A stretch of DNA of 63,114 nucleotides, counting the filler, from Octopus bimaculoides (Eukaryota), in assembly GCF_001194135.2 (NCBI RefSeq). It is 5 parts of 5 records of this genome, joined end to end, with 100 filler letters (N's around TTAATTAATTAA, not from the genome) between each part and the next. Parts side by side here need not be neighbours in the genome. Positions count along the whole stretch, not along the records: positions 1 to 23,398 come from NC_068981.1; positions 23,499 to 40,683 come from NC_068983.1; 3 more parts are not named here. The stretch is one strand, 5' to 3'. Numbering within the stretch: position 1 is the stretch's first letter; each line of letters starts with the position of its first letter. The position numbers were made by a program, and so were the translations under genes. Below are positions 13,663-26,718 of this stretch, one piece after another. The notes beneath the pieces are model-generated. The model had not been told where the DNA came from. It saw only the letters and a program-made list of their open reading frames with translations, and ran no database searches.

Positions 13663-14000
13663 CTGCAAAGAATTGGCATGAATGAACAGTTTGGTTATTG
13701 GAATTTATTATGAGAGTATACGGACGTATGAACACAAGACAGGGAGTTAAGACATATATGACTGAGGTAGCAATACTTTCCCTCTCTCTTTCTAACTCTT
13801 TTGCACTCTTTACCTCTCTCACGCATGTGATACCTAAGTAATGCACCTTATACTAAATACAGAAAAACTGTGAATGTAACCCTCTGATCGCGTTCCATTT
13901 TATTCCACAACATAGAGTACAGAAATAGACTGGATAGTGAAAACTATAATACACTAGTGTTATCCATTGATACGCTGACAGGTAACGACCTAATCAAGAT

Positions 14001-14234
14001 GAAAATGAAATAGATCCTTCAAAAGAGGAAATAGATCCTTCAACAGAAAATGAAATAGATCCTTCAAAAGAGGAAATAGATCCTTCAACAGAAAATGAAA
14101 TAGATCCTTCAAAAGAGGGAATAGATCCTTCAACAGAAAATGAAATAGATCCTTCAAAAGAGGAAATAGATCCTTCAACAGAAAATGAAATAGATCCTTC
14201 AAAAGAGGAAATAGATCCTTCAACAGAAAATGAA
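14001..14234. repeat. 45-bp minisatellite (24+21-nt subunits), at least 5 copies, running into a gap
   Basis: Unit gaaaatgaaatagatccttcaaaagaggaaatagatccttcaaca. Confidence 0.97.
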
Positions 14235-15076
14235 NNNNNNNNNNNNNNNNNNNNNNNNNNNNNNNNNNNNNNNNNNNNNNNNNNNNNNNNNNNNNNNNNN
14301 NNNNNNNNNNNNNNNNNNNNNNNNNNNNNNNNNNNNNNNNNNNNNNNNNNNNNNNNNNNNNNNNNNNNNNNNNNNNNNNNNNNNNNNNNNNNNNNNNNNN
14401 NNNNNNNNNNNNNNNNNNNNNNNNNNNNNNNNNNNNNNNNNNNNNNNNNNNNNNNNNNNNNNNNNNNNNNNNNNNNNNNNNNNNNNNNNNNNNNNNNNNN
14501 NNNNNNNNNNNNNNNNNNNNNNNNNNNNNNNNNNNNNNNNNNNNNNNNNNNNNNNNNNNNNNNNNNNNNNNNNNNNNNNNNNNNNNNNNNNNNNNNNNNN
14601 NNNNNNNNNNNNNNNNNNNNNNNNNNNNNNNNNNNNNNNNNNNNNNNNNNNNNNNNNNNNNNNNNNNNNNNNNNNNNNNNNNNNNNNNNNNNNNNNNNNN
14701 NNNNNNNNNNNNNNNNNNNNNNNNNNNNNNNNNNNNNNNNNNNNNNNNNNNNNNNNNNNNNNNNNNNNNNNNNNNNNNNNNNNNNNNNNNNNNNNNNNNN
14801 NNNNNNNNNNNNNNNNNNNNNNNNNNNNNNNNNNNNNNNNNNNNNNNNNNNNNNNNNNNNNNNNNNNNNNNNNNNNNNNNNNNNNNNNNNNNNNNNNNNN
14901 NNNNNNNNNNNNNNNNNNNNNNNNNNNNNNNNNNNNNNNNNNNNNNNNNNNNNNNNNNNNNNNNNNNNNNNNNNNNNNNNNNNNNNNNNNNNNNNNNNNN
15001 NNNNNNNNNNNNNNNNNNNNNNNNNNNNNNNNNNNNNNNNNNNNNNNNNNNNNNNNNNNNNNNNNNNNNNNNNNNN

Positions 15077-15125
<49 letters not shown>

Positions 15126-15839
15126 AACAACCGCCCCCTAAAAATATATATACTATATGTAGACTGTCACACTACATTCTATACAATTTATTAGTGTAAG
15201 TGAATATAAAATATGGTCGAGAACTATACGGAGATATAGTATAACTAGGAAAATGGATCTTTGAGTCTTGCCTCGCATTTCGACAGACGACCTGTTTGCA
15301 ACGAATCAGGTTGATTAGGACAGACCTAGGGCTATACAACAGTAACATACAGATTATACAATGCACCCGATGAACTAGACCCGCTTTTTTTAATTATCTT
15401 TCTCCTCTTCTGCCCTGTCTGCTGCCTTGAGCTAATAATGCATTTCCTATGTCAAGCATAACGGTTAGACGTACTCTTTTATAAGAGGGGATTTATTATG
15501 ATGTCGTGATGAAAGGTATCTCTTGGGAGAGCTTTTCAGTTTAGGTGGTCTGAATTTTAAGACATCAGTGGTTATTTTTGTTTTATTTGCTAAGGTATTG
15601 TAATGTAACAGTTTTGAGAGAATCGGAAAGAAATAATATCTTAATTATAATGTTGGTACGAATGTCACCTGATTAATCAGACGGTAATTATAGAGGGATG
15701 TAATGTCAGCCTCTGGTCCAGCAAAAACCTAACGCCCACCCACCCAAGATGCAGCTTGCTTGATATAATCACCTATCTAAACGGTAGCGTATTTAGTTAT
15801 GGCAGTTTTAAAAAAATGCATGCAAATACATACTTGCAT

Positions 15840-15871
<32 letters not shown>

Positions 15872-16163
15872 GCAGACGAATATAAAGATAACTACATATA
15901 CATACATACACACACACACATGCATACTTATATACATACATACACACACACACATGCATACTTATATACATACATACACACACATACACTTCCCATAATG
16001 CGTGCATCATTTTATGTACTTTTGTGTTTCCTTATACAGACAAATTATTTCTAAATGGATTGCGAGAGTGTATTAAATTAAATTCCAAAATTTTACAAAG
16101 AAATTATTTACAATATTAAGTAAGAGACTGAAGTCACCCTTCAACTCAGTCTTTATGTATGTA

Positions 16164-16236
<73 letters not shown>

Positions 16237-16398
16237 NNNNNNNNNNNNNNNNNNNNNNNNNNNNNNNNNNNNNNNNNNNNNNNNNNNNNNNNNNNNNNNN
16301 NNNNNNNNNNNNNNNNNNNNNNNNNNNNNNNNNNNNNNNNNNNNNNNNNNNNNNNNNNNNNNNNNNNNNNNNNNNNNNNNNNNNNNNNNNNNNNNNNN

Positions 16399-16473
<75 letters not shown>

Positions 16474-17528
16474 AAGTAAAACACATACGCAATCATAATT
16501 CGTTTGCACACATATAAAGTAACACACACATCTAGATTTATATGTCTGTGTTTATTGCTGTTCACTTGTTTATTGGTTCGCCCTCTTGTACTGTCCAGGC
16601 TCTATCTATCAGTGACTCCCATCGGAACTTTCGCCGCCATTCCATCTTTCACATATTTATATTTTCGTTGGGTCAAGCTCGGGAGAACCAAGAGCATTTA
16701 TGCCCACTCGTGGCTAAAATGATGCCTTAAAACAAATAGTGAAAGCATGTATGTGTGTGCGCGTGCGTGTGTGTATGTGTATGTGTGTGTGTATGTGTAT
16801 GTGTGTGTGTAGTTTACCATAATAATCACTCAGAACCTGAGGTCATTAAGGAGTACGTGCTATGTTTACTTAATTGGTTTAGGTACCCTCTGTGTAGTTG
16901 AGAATAGCCGTACACACAATCGTCTCTTACTCTTGTCCAGTGAAACATTCAGAATGTTAGATGTTGGGTGAAGGAATCCCGCACAAGCACTCCACTATTA
17001 TTTTTTCTGCTGACACCAAAAGGATGAAAAATAATATTGATCTAAGCGTGTTTTGAACTCCGAGCACACAGATTGAGAGTCGGAGCATATGGCGTAATCT
17101 ATTTTTTCCCACACTCTCACAAACACACACATGCACACACACACATACACACACATGCACATACATACACATACTATACATACACATACACAGATGTACA
17201 GATGTATATGCATACACACGCAGACACACATACACAAACATATATGTTCATAGATATGTCTTAGACTTGATTTATATTTGATTGATGGCAGTCCCTTGCC
17301 AGTCGGTTACTTTCAGCGGTGCATACCACGCTGCAAGCAGTGAAACAATATTATCTTGTCTCGTGAATTATGGTTCCTGTCTTCATTGCCCTATTAATCT
17401 CGAAGATCTTAAAAAGTGTCACATGTGCTACATCTTCGTTCTACTGGTTTTTACCAAGAAATACATACATACATACATACATACATACATANNNNNNNNN
17501 NNNNNNNNNNNNNNNNNNNNNNNNNNNN

Positions 17529-17572
<44 letters not shown>

Positions 17573-17616
17573 TTCTACAATTTTATAGAAAATGAAGCAT
17601 TAATTTTGATACTCAC

Positions 17617-17782
17617 TTTTCTCTCACCTGGACACATTAACGTACATTTGCTGCCTTCGTAGTTTTGTTCCGTGCAGTTATACATTCTAGTAAATTCTGG
17701 TGCTATCGTAGCACATTTCACACGTGCACATCTCCTGCCAGACCATTGTCCATTTTCCCGACAAGTCATGTGTAAACTCCGT
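17617..17782 (-). CDS. PAPPA: Pappalysin-like exon: CCP3/CCP4, RSLHMTCRENGQWSGRRCARVKCATIAPEFTRMYNCTEQNYEGSKCTLMCPGERK
   Basis: Acceptor ttatttccag and donor aaa|gtgagt. 166 nt = 1 nt + 55 codons. Contained in track ORF 17575..17769. Confidence 0.93.
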
Positions 17783-20587
17783 CTGGAAATAATGATTAAA
17801 ATTTAAAAATAAAAACTATATGATGTTCTAGAGATATGGCAAACATATGGAGAAATACATTACAATTGGAATAAAATTTGGCTTTCTGCATTCCTCCTCT
17901 CTCATGACCATTTGGTCAAAGCTGCAATGGAGAATTGCTAAGAGATCTGACACAGCGCTGCTTCTACACAAATCATAGATTGTACCAAATAAGAAGCCAT
18001 CCGATTTTTTTTTTCTTTTTTTTGCTAGAAACGGTGATTCATCAACAATCTGGCCGAGAGCTGCATTGCTTTCTCTGTTTCTTTCCGGCTTTTATACCGC
18101 TATTTCTAGGTCTACGAACCAGTTAGTTGCATATGAACTCAGTGAAATCTGGACAATACATCTGTCTCCCCTTCTGGAACAGTTCTACTCAGTCACACTC
18201 CCCAAGTTTCGCAGCTACTATTTTCATTTTGAAAATAATTCACACCATAACACCAGGTCTACGAATTTAATGAGATCTGCCACAACCCAAAATTAATTAT
18301 AAAGTAATAATAGCCCTTTTTACTATAGGCACAATACCTGAACATTGGTGGGGAGGAGAATAGTCTACTACATCAACTCCAGCTTTTAACGGTACTTATT
18401 TTATCGATCTCGAAAAGATTAAAGGCAAAGTCGACCCCTGGCAGAATTTAAAATCAGAACGTATAGAAGGACGAAATAATGTTAAATATTTTGCCCAGCC
18501 TGCTAACGATTCTTCATCTCACTACCTTCATAAAAAGAAGTAATAATAATACAGGGATCAATAAGGAAAGTGATTCCTCACATTAACACATTGTTAGACG
18601 TTTAAGGGGAGGAGTATAGCCGATTGAAATCAACCTTATATGACTAATAATTTAATTGACTTCCTTCTGATTGGATTAAAAGTAAATTCTATGAATCTTT
18701 GCTTTATCAGAAGCCCATATATTTTACTGATGATTACTTATTTTGTTACCCTCGGAAAGATAGAAAGCAAAGTCAACCTGAACAAAATTTGAACTTAGAA
18801 CCTAAAGGACTTTCCGGGTCATTTGTACGAAGCACTATCTATTGTTTCATCATTCTTTTCGTAACATGAAAATAAAACTGTTCTCTTCATATAATAAAGT
18901 ACAATCTTAAAGCTAAAAACATTTTATGAAAAAATTCAAATAAAGTCAAAATAGAAAAAATGTTTAAAAAAGACAAATCCACTACACGACGAAAAAAATC
19001 TCAAGACAAATATATTTACTTTATTGGAAATGGGACAGGATTTTAAACAATACCAAGATTCACTTTTCAGTTATCCAGTGTGAGAAATGGAAGCAAAATT
19101 TTCGTTAAACAGCCTATGGAAATCACATTTTAAGAGAGCTCTGTAAATCTGTAAGTTTGCGGCAAACAACAAAAACAAAAGCAAAAACGGTGACCACACT
19201 TGTTCAGGACACACGAATCTGTGGAATCTATCCTTTCCAGAGAAGGCAAAAGAGTATACAACGCAGGTAAGATGCTTCCTGGTGCAAGTTATGATGGGTT
19301 GGTGATAGTAAACTATCGAAGCAATGTAGACAATAGCAATACCCATCCGGTTCTTCTGAACCCATTTCGAGTGATCCCGGTGACCATCTCCGTACCTTTT
19401 CCCCAGTTTTTATCCACCTGGAGATCTAGTTTGAAACAGACTGCAATCATATCAACAAGACCATCTACTAATGACAGAAGCCGTTGTCCCACATGGACTT
19501 ACTTTGCTTGGTGGTGATCTGAAAGTTATTTGACTGTCTCGCTATAATTCATGATCCATTAATTCTTGGTACTCCCTTAGAGAGTACTGTCCATCTTAGT
19601 TTCCTGTGTTTCACACTAAGATGGCAACTTCCTCTATTTATACAGGCAGACAATGCTATCTTGTATCCAAGTTTGATAGGGATACCATAAATGCTTATTT
19701 TTACGGTAGCTCTCAAAAGATACATGAGAGACGAAAGCGGAGGCGGAACGAGCGCATATTATAAACTGCTCTGCTAAGTAACTATTCAGTTCAACTATTA
19801 AACAGAGGCCGCCGTACATTGCTGTGAGCTAGATCCTGGAGATAGGGCCGAAAGCAGTTATGTTTAGAAAACTTTTTAAAAGATAAAAAGATGTTTCAAT
19901 GTTATGTTTAGAAAGGGTCAATTTTCTCGTACGTTTTATACTGATCTAAATTGATGAATATCTCACTGAAATAAGATCTAAAGCCGACACATTATACGAT
20001 GTACTATATGAAGTAGAGGCTACCAGAGATATATCTTCTGGATATCGCACATGTGTGTACTTCTCTGACGACAAGAATCAACCTCTTTACGAATCTTTAA
20101 ATTTGTACAGATCAGTCTTATGGTCTGAAGTCGTCCATTATATACTTGTTTCGGTATTTCTCGGACAGTGTTACCATTCCTCAGGTTATACAAAATGGAA
20201 TGCCTTCAGGTTACTGTGATTTTTAGCAGGCAACCATGAAGATCGTCAATAGATGAAGTATTTGTGTAGCTGCTAACGATTACATATAGATATTGTAGTG
20301 ATATTAAAAACAAAACTGTACAGCTGCCTGACCGTCGTAGTTTACTCCAAAAATCATTTGATGATAAAATTGATGATGACGACGACGATCAGAAGGAGGG
20401 AGAGGAGAAGAGCGAGAATGACTAAGTTGACATGATGATAGTGATGACATTGATAGTCTTTGTTAATAAATTTAATGTGAAAAACCTGTCTTATTCAGAA
20501 AAGAAAAAAAAATAAGAAGAATTAAAAAAAGCTTCAAGATACTAACACAAAATGAATAAATAAACAAATAAATAATATATGACCTAC

Positions 20588-20792
20588 CGTTTTGTATGTA
20601 AACCTTCTGTATGAAACCCTTTCTTGCAGCGAAATCTGCATCTGGTTCCAGCTTGTTGGATGCCATGAGTGCAAGAGCGGGTCATTAACTGAGCATGAGG
20701 GCGTGGGAGAGGAGACAGGCAAAAGGTTAAGCAATAAGCATCAACCATTGACCAACGTCCGTTCGCTTCGCATAGAATTGTAGTGTTTGTGC
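20588..20792 (-). CDS. PAPPA: Pappalysin-like exon: end of CCP2 and most of CCP3, (G)TNTTILCEANGRWSMVDAYCLTFCLSPLPRPHAQLMTRSCTHGIQQAGTRCRFRCKKGFHTEGLHTK(R)
   Basis: Acceptor ttctaatatccag and donor cg|gtaggt. Open frame with the Cys/Trp spacing of pappalysin CCP modules. The phase 2 end matches the next exon. Confidence 0.92.
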
Positions 20793-21717
20793 CTGGATAT
20801 TAGAAGAAATACAGATAATGATACATATAGGCATGTTCTGATTTTTATATGCATGTATTTATGCACGCATGTATGTATGGATGCATGTTTTAGATAATTA
20901 TGTATACATATGCAGTGAAAGTTTTGTATGTTAATGTATCTTGAAACTTAACAAATATCAACAGAATTCAATCTGTTATTCTGATAATTTCTTTGAAACA
21001 AATTCTGGTAAGCTTGCTATTGAAAGCAATATTTGCTTTTGAGGAAACGGTGAACTAAAGACACTAATCTTAAGTAAATTGGTGCTAAGATATTTAGCAT
21101 GAGTGCCATTAAATTCTAACTACAAATATATATTTGGTGGAGTAATTTGTTTAAATCCATGATTTATATTATTTTCATTTGTTCGGTAAGAATGGATGAT
21201 AGTTAAGGATATGATTCTGTATTATTGTGAACTCATCAGCGAAACAAACTTCCTTTTACTTATTGAAGTAGAGACAAATAAATCACTAAGTATGTATACT
21301 CGATTATGCATGTATATATAGTTAGGGGCGTAAACATTAATTACTGCTAGAAAATAAAATTCTTAGACATTGAATAATTGTAAAGTGGAATATATTGACC
21401 AAATTCAGTAACAACCTCTTCAATAGCCACGAGGATCGGCCACCATGTCTCTAAATGAAGAGTTAGTTTGAATGACGGGCTAGTAACTTGACCCTGAACG
21501 CGTAAGCTTTGCTTTCCAATTGTCTTAATTGAAGATTCACACAAAGGAAGGAAGGAAGGAAGGAAGGAAAGGAGAGAGAAAGAGAGATAAAGAGAGAGAG
21601 TCGGGCAGACAGATAGATACACAGAGAGAGATTGCGAATAAGTGGAGAGACTCAGGGATAGGATGCTGAGTTACCTGGAATTTATTAAGTGGTTTTTCAG
21701 ATTGTCTTCCTCTAAAC

Positions 21718-22225
21718 CAGGGGTGGGGCAACTTTTTAGTGCGGCGGGCAGAAATTTCCAAAGAACAAGGCAGGTGGGTCACAAGTTCTAACTCTTGTAT
21801 CTGTGTAAATCTTGTATATCTATCTCTGTATAATTCAATATACATTAATAAAGATAACATATTAAATAAACGCGTAACATATTCATCAACGCCGCCACTG
21901 AATACCTTATGAGGTAGTCTATATTTTTCAGCTGAAGTGTAGTTGGGTCTCAAGGAGGTGGTACTAGCATAGTAATATGTGTTTTATAGTGATAACAAAA
22001 TTTGCATTCAAATGGTAATTACCGGACGATTTCTATTCGAGTCTGACCCTTTTAAGTCGTAGTGGAAACACGACTTATGTCGCAAATAGACATACGAATA
22101 TTGTATAAATTTTAAAATTGAAAAATTTACTATAATTTGTACATACGAGTATATCAGCCTGCAGGCGCAATAAAATGGGCTCGCAGGCGAAATTGTGCCT
22201 GCGGGTGGGGTTTTCCCCACCCCTG
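21718..22225. mobile_element. hAT-type MITE (508 bp) with TIRs and an 8-bp target site duplication
   Basis: Ends CAGGGGTGGGGCAAC ... GTTTTCCCCACCCCTG. Flanks ctctaaac (21710-21717) and ctctaaat (22226-22233). Confidence 0.88.
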
Positions 22226-22907
22226 CTCTAAATGATAAAATACTGTATTTCATTTGTAATATTCTTTAAGAATCTGTTTGTGTAAATGAATCCGTTTTAG
22301 TGTAACTGAGGTTAAGATGAGGAAATTTTACATCCTATAATAGTTTTATCATTGAAATACATACATACGCGCACACACTTTCTTACCTAGTCTCCGACTA
22401 ATATACCAATAACAAATCATAGAATACAAAGAGCGCAATAGAAAACATTTTACTTCATCGCAAGCAGCACGTTGAGATACTATTCCTGTAACGAAACATA
22501 GAATAGTAAAATTTAACGACAAGGTGTACAAGCAACAGCACTGTTTATTGTAGCACAGACTCGAGTCATCACAGACCCTGTCACATCATCTACAATTAAT
22601 TCTAATTAATTTACAGCATTTTAGAATACTACTATATTATCATCTTAAGAACAGTATCACTCCAATACAGTCCAGATAAATAAACGTAATAAATATCGGC
22701 GCAGCCGTGGGTGAATAAGTTTGTTTCCCGACCACTTAATTCTGGGTTCAGTCGCCAACATTTGGAGAGCTGCTATTAACTAGCACAATAACCGGACTAA
22801 AAGAATTTCACTGCTCATATGGCTATACAAATGGTAGGATCTACGTAGATACACATTTCATTGGTTGTACACTTCTTTAATCTCTGCGCTGTAAAAAGCT
22901 TTCCTTG

Positions 22908-22953
<46 letters not shown>

Positions 22954-23398
22954 AAACACGCACGCGCACACACACATACATACACATATGTGCAAGCGAG
23001 TACACTGGAACAGGTTCAATGATTCACATCAAGTGAGTTTAATGCCCATTATATTTAACACAAACAAAGGCCAGACACTGAAAGTAGGGTGATGTTGAGA
23101 GACATCAGCTACAAACTAAAGTAAATCAAAAATATAACAAAGAAAAAATCTAACATAAACGAACCCATACATGTCAAGCAGTCTGCTATATAGACAGCAG
23201 CTGTTCTTACTTGTAAGTATCATCAGAGTTGTATATCGTACACCAGGTCATGTTTTAATTTGAAAATAATTCTTTTATGTTGATTGACATATGTCATTTA
23301 AAGCGAAACATTAGAGAATGAGCTAGGCTGCAATTGATTTCGTATACATCTTTATATGAACATTAATATTTACACGCATGTATATATATATATATATA

Positions 23399-23498
23399 NN
23401 NNNNNNNNNNNNNNNNNNNNNNNNNNNNNNNNNNNNNNNNNNTTAATTAATTAANNNNNNNNNNNNNNNNNNNNNNNNNNNNNNNNNNNNNNNNNNNN
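23399..23498. other. Artificial scaffold joint 44N-TTAATTAATTAA-44N (also at about 40684-40783, 47626-47725 and 57454-57553)
   Basis: The identical 12-mer, a stop in all six frames, is centred in four 100-nt gaps. Confidence 0.93.
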
Positions 23499-23503
23499 CA
23501 TTA

Positions 23504-23543
<40 letters not shown>

Positions 23544-23566
23544 TACTATTATTATTATTATTATTA

Positions 23567-24245
23567 GGTGAGATAGCAGTGCATGCCATCAAATAATTCC
23601 TCTCAACACATGGCTATGATGCTCCTCTACTATTTCTGCTCATGATCAGAGACACCCATATCGTCAGCTACCAAGGGACATGCTCAACCAATTAAGGTCA
23701 AACAAGTGACATGCAAATCTCAGATATTGAGCAGAATATTTGCTGTAGCCCATCTTTTATACCAAGACAAAACATGTACATGATAACACTTCCAATCAGT
23801 TAAGATCAGAAGCCATGAAAGCTACTGCCTGATACTGCATCAGGGCATTCATTATTATTATTACTGAGTGAGAGAGCAGTGTATGCCATCAAAGTCATAC
23901 TGGAGAGAAATACATGAAGCCCAGTATACCCATCATGACTACCCGTCTGATAAGAGTACACCAGGCACATACATCACAACCATATGTGCACGACATGGTG
24001 ATCTCACATCAAGTTTAACAGTGCATGACCTCGCAGATGGAGCCCAGTTAGAATTCCTTTCAGGTTGGGTAGCCTATCCCATTTAAAAGGTCCTTGAATA
24101 AGGGTTGTTTAAGGATGTTGATTAAAACACCCATGTTACCAGAGGTGAATTATTCAAACCCCAAAGAATTCCTCTCAACACATAGCTATGATGTTCCCTC
24201 CATTACTTCTGTTCATGATTAGAGATGCATATATCATCAGCCACA
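23567..24245. mobile_element. Two partial copies of the (TTA)n-flanked ~550-bp interspersed element
   Basis: 23567-23850 and 23865-24245 match parts of the copy at 38144-38690. Each is bounded by ATT repeats. Confidence 0.85.
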
Positions 24246-24291
24246 TTATTATTATTATTATTATTATTATTTTGATTATTATTATCATTAC

Positions 24292-24348
<57 letters not shown>

Positions 24349-24383
24349 TATTATTATTATTATCGTTATTATTATTATTTTGA

Positions 24384-24420
<37 letters not shown>

Positions 24421-24529
24421 CATCATCATCATCATCATCATCATTATTATTATTATTATTATCATCATCATTATTATTATTATTATTATTATTATTTTTT
24501 AATATTATTATTATTATTATTATGTGCAG

Positions 24530-26718
24530 TCAGCCATCATGACTATGACTATTCATGGTATGACATGATAAGCTTCCTCCATACTGGTCAGTTTTTCGCT
24601 TGGGTTTGCTATTTATAATGATCAATTCCTTTTCACTTCATGTTCCTTTTGCAGTGAACCTCAGTCTAGGTCTTCCATGATTTCCTTTCCCCTTGCATAG
24701 TTGAGAGTAAAGGCATTGTCTGGGGAGTCTGCTGGTGTCCATTCTGTCTCAATTAATGTAAATTTCTATCAATGAGTATTTCCATCATTAGAGGCAGACC
24801 AGCATGCAGAGGATCTTTTCATAATCTGTTACAGCTGTCTCATCATAGATGCATGCAGCTTGTCTACTTGAGTTTTATAGATTCTCCAGGTTTCAGCTCC
24901 ATACAGCAAGGAAGAAAGCCCTATACCTTACATTTAACTAGTATAGAAACATGCCTATTTTTTCATAGCCTCTCCTGCTGCCTGTCAAATGAAGAACTAG
25001 CTCAACTAATTCTGTATGGGATTACCTGGTCCATTACATTATCTGAGGAGGTGCTGCCTAGGTTTTTGAATACTTTGCACTGGACTAGCCTTTTATGTCT
25101 AATAGTGATGTTTTCTTCAGCTACAGAGGGAGGTAGGTTCTCTACCGGTTGCTAAAGGCATTCAGTTTTTCTGGTGCTAATCTTTAAACTGAACAGTTGT
25201 GCAACTCTGGCAAAGTTATCTACCAGTTTCTGCATATGTTCAGCACTGTGAGCAACCAGGGCACTACCATCAGCAAACATCACCTCTTGTACTAGGATCT
25301 TTGTAGTGAATGTCTTTGCTTTATACTATACAACATTGAACAAATCAGCATCATGTTGCATCTGGATGTAAATCCCTCTTCCAACTTTTTTGAAGGCAAC
25401 TTCAAACACTACTGTGAGTGAGATAAAAGGAGGACAGTTCTGGAGCAAGTAAGTACCCTTGTTTCCCTTTGTCACCTGCAAATGCACTTGAAGTATTGCT
25501 ATCTTGTACTATAAATCCTTGCATTCTTTCGTGCAAGGACCAGATCAAATTGATGAACCTTTGAGGACATCCATGTTTCTTAAGAATTACCCAAAGCCCA
25601 TCACAAGATATAGTATCAAAAACCTTTGTGAAGTCTATGAACACTGTATACATAGGTATGTTCTGCACAATGCATTTTTCTTGAAATCGGCGAAGACAGA
25701 AGATCATGTTCACCATGTTTCTACCATCATGGAAGCCACACTGAGTCTCAGATGAGACATTTTGACGGATATGCTCATTTAGTCTGTTTAATGGAATATG
25801 AGCCAAAATCTTCCCAGCTACTCATAGAAGAGATATTCCTCAGTAGTTTCCACAACTCACTCTACAACCTTTTTTGAAGACAAGTATGATGCCTATGTAT
25901 TTCCAGTCTTGTGGAAACATTTCAGTCTCCCAGATCTGGAGCACAATGTTATACTGGCTTTCAATGAGCTTCACACCTCCATGCTTCCAGATTTCAGTGG
26001 GCATGTTATACCTGCTAAGTGCTTTACTTTCTTTCATTTGTTTCATTGCATCACTGAATTCCTTTTAAACAGGTTCGTCTCTAATAATCACTTGGTTGGC
26101 TGTCATGTAACCTTCTCAAGGGTGATTAGCAAATCTATCAAGGATCTCCCATTTTTTCTGGAATAGTGTTTTGCCATCAAAACCTATGAGTTTTGTTATA
26201 CCTCTTCTCTGTGGCCCATATTCCTCTCAAATCCCAAATAAAAGGCTTTTATATCATTTTAATTAGCATGATGGTGCAGTTCTTTTTTGGCTGCCCACCA
26301 ATTTGATTTCAGTTTCCTAGTATATTGTTGCAGCTTCCTTCTTGCTTCTACCAGATTTTCCTTTGTGTTGTCAATTAACTGATCTACCATTCCAACATTC
26401 CTTTCCTCTAGTTAGCAGGTTCTGTAGTTGGATGTCATCCTCGTTGAACCAATCTTGATGTTTTTTCCCTGGTTTGCCTAGGACTTTTTCAGCTCTTTCA
26501 TATGTCGTTATTTTCAAGATGTCCCATTTTCCTTCATGTCTTTTGTTTCCCTTATCTTCACACCCTTCCAAAGCCTCATCCAGCTGTTCCTTCAATTCCT
26601 GTTTTGGATGACCATTGACTTTGTTGCCTTTTGCCCTTAGTCCCACAAGAAGTTCAAAATCACCCTCCCCACTGAGCAAGCTGGGTGAAGTTGCTGGTTT
26701 AATCACCTGACCATGCAT
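24530..26718 (-). mobile_element. Decayed RTE-clade LINE ORF2 (reverse transcriptase)
   Basis: Track ORFs give ETQCGF..GRNMVNMIFCLRRFQEKC..FIDFTKVFDT..LW and PTEIWKHGG..PQDWK..CGNY, i.e. non-LTR RT domains 0-4, with frameshifts. Confidence 0.92.

Noticed and set aside
17628-17640. Alternative ccag|gtgaga donor 11 nt upstream in the CCP4 exon
   Set aside because: It frameshifts onto the next exon; skipping to the CCP5 exon is in frame but yields a broken module. No evidence of use.
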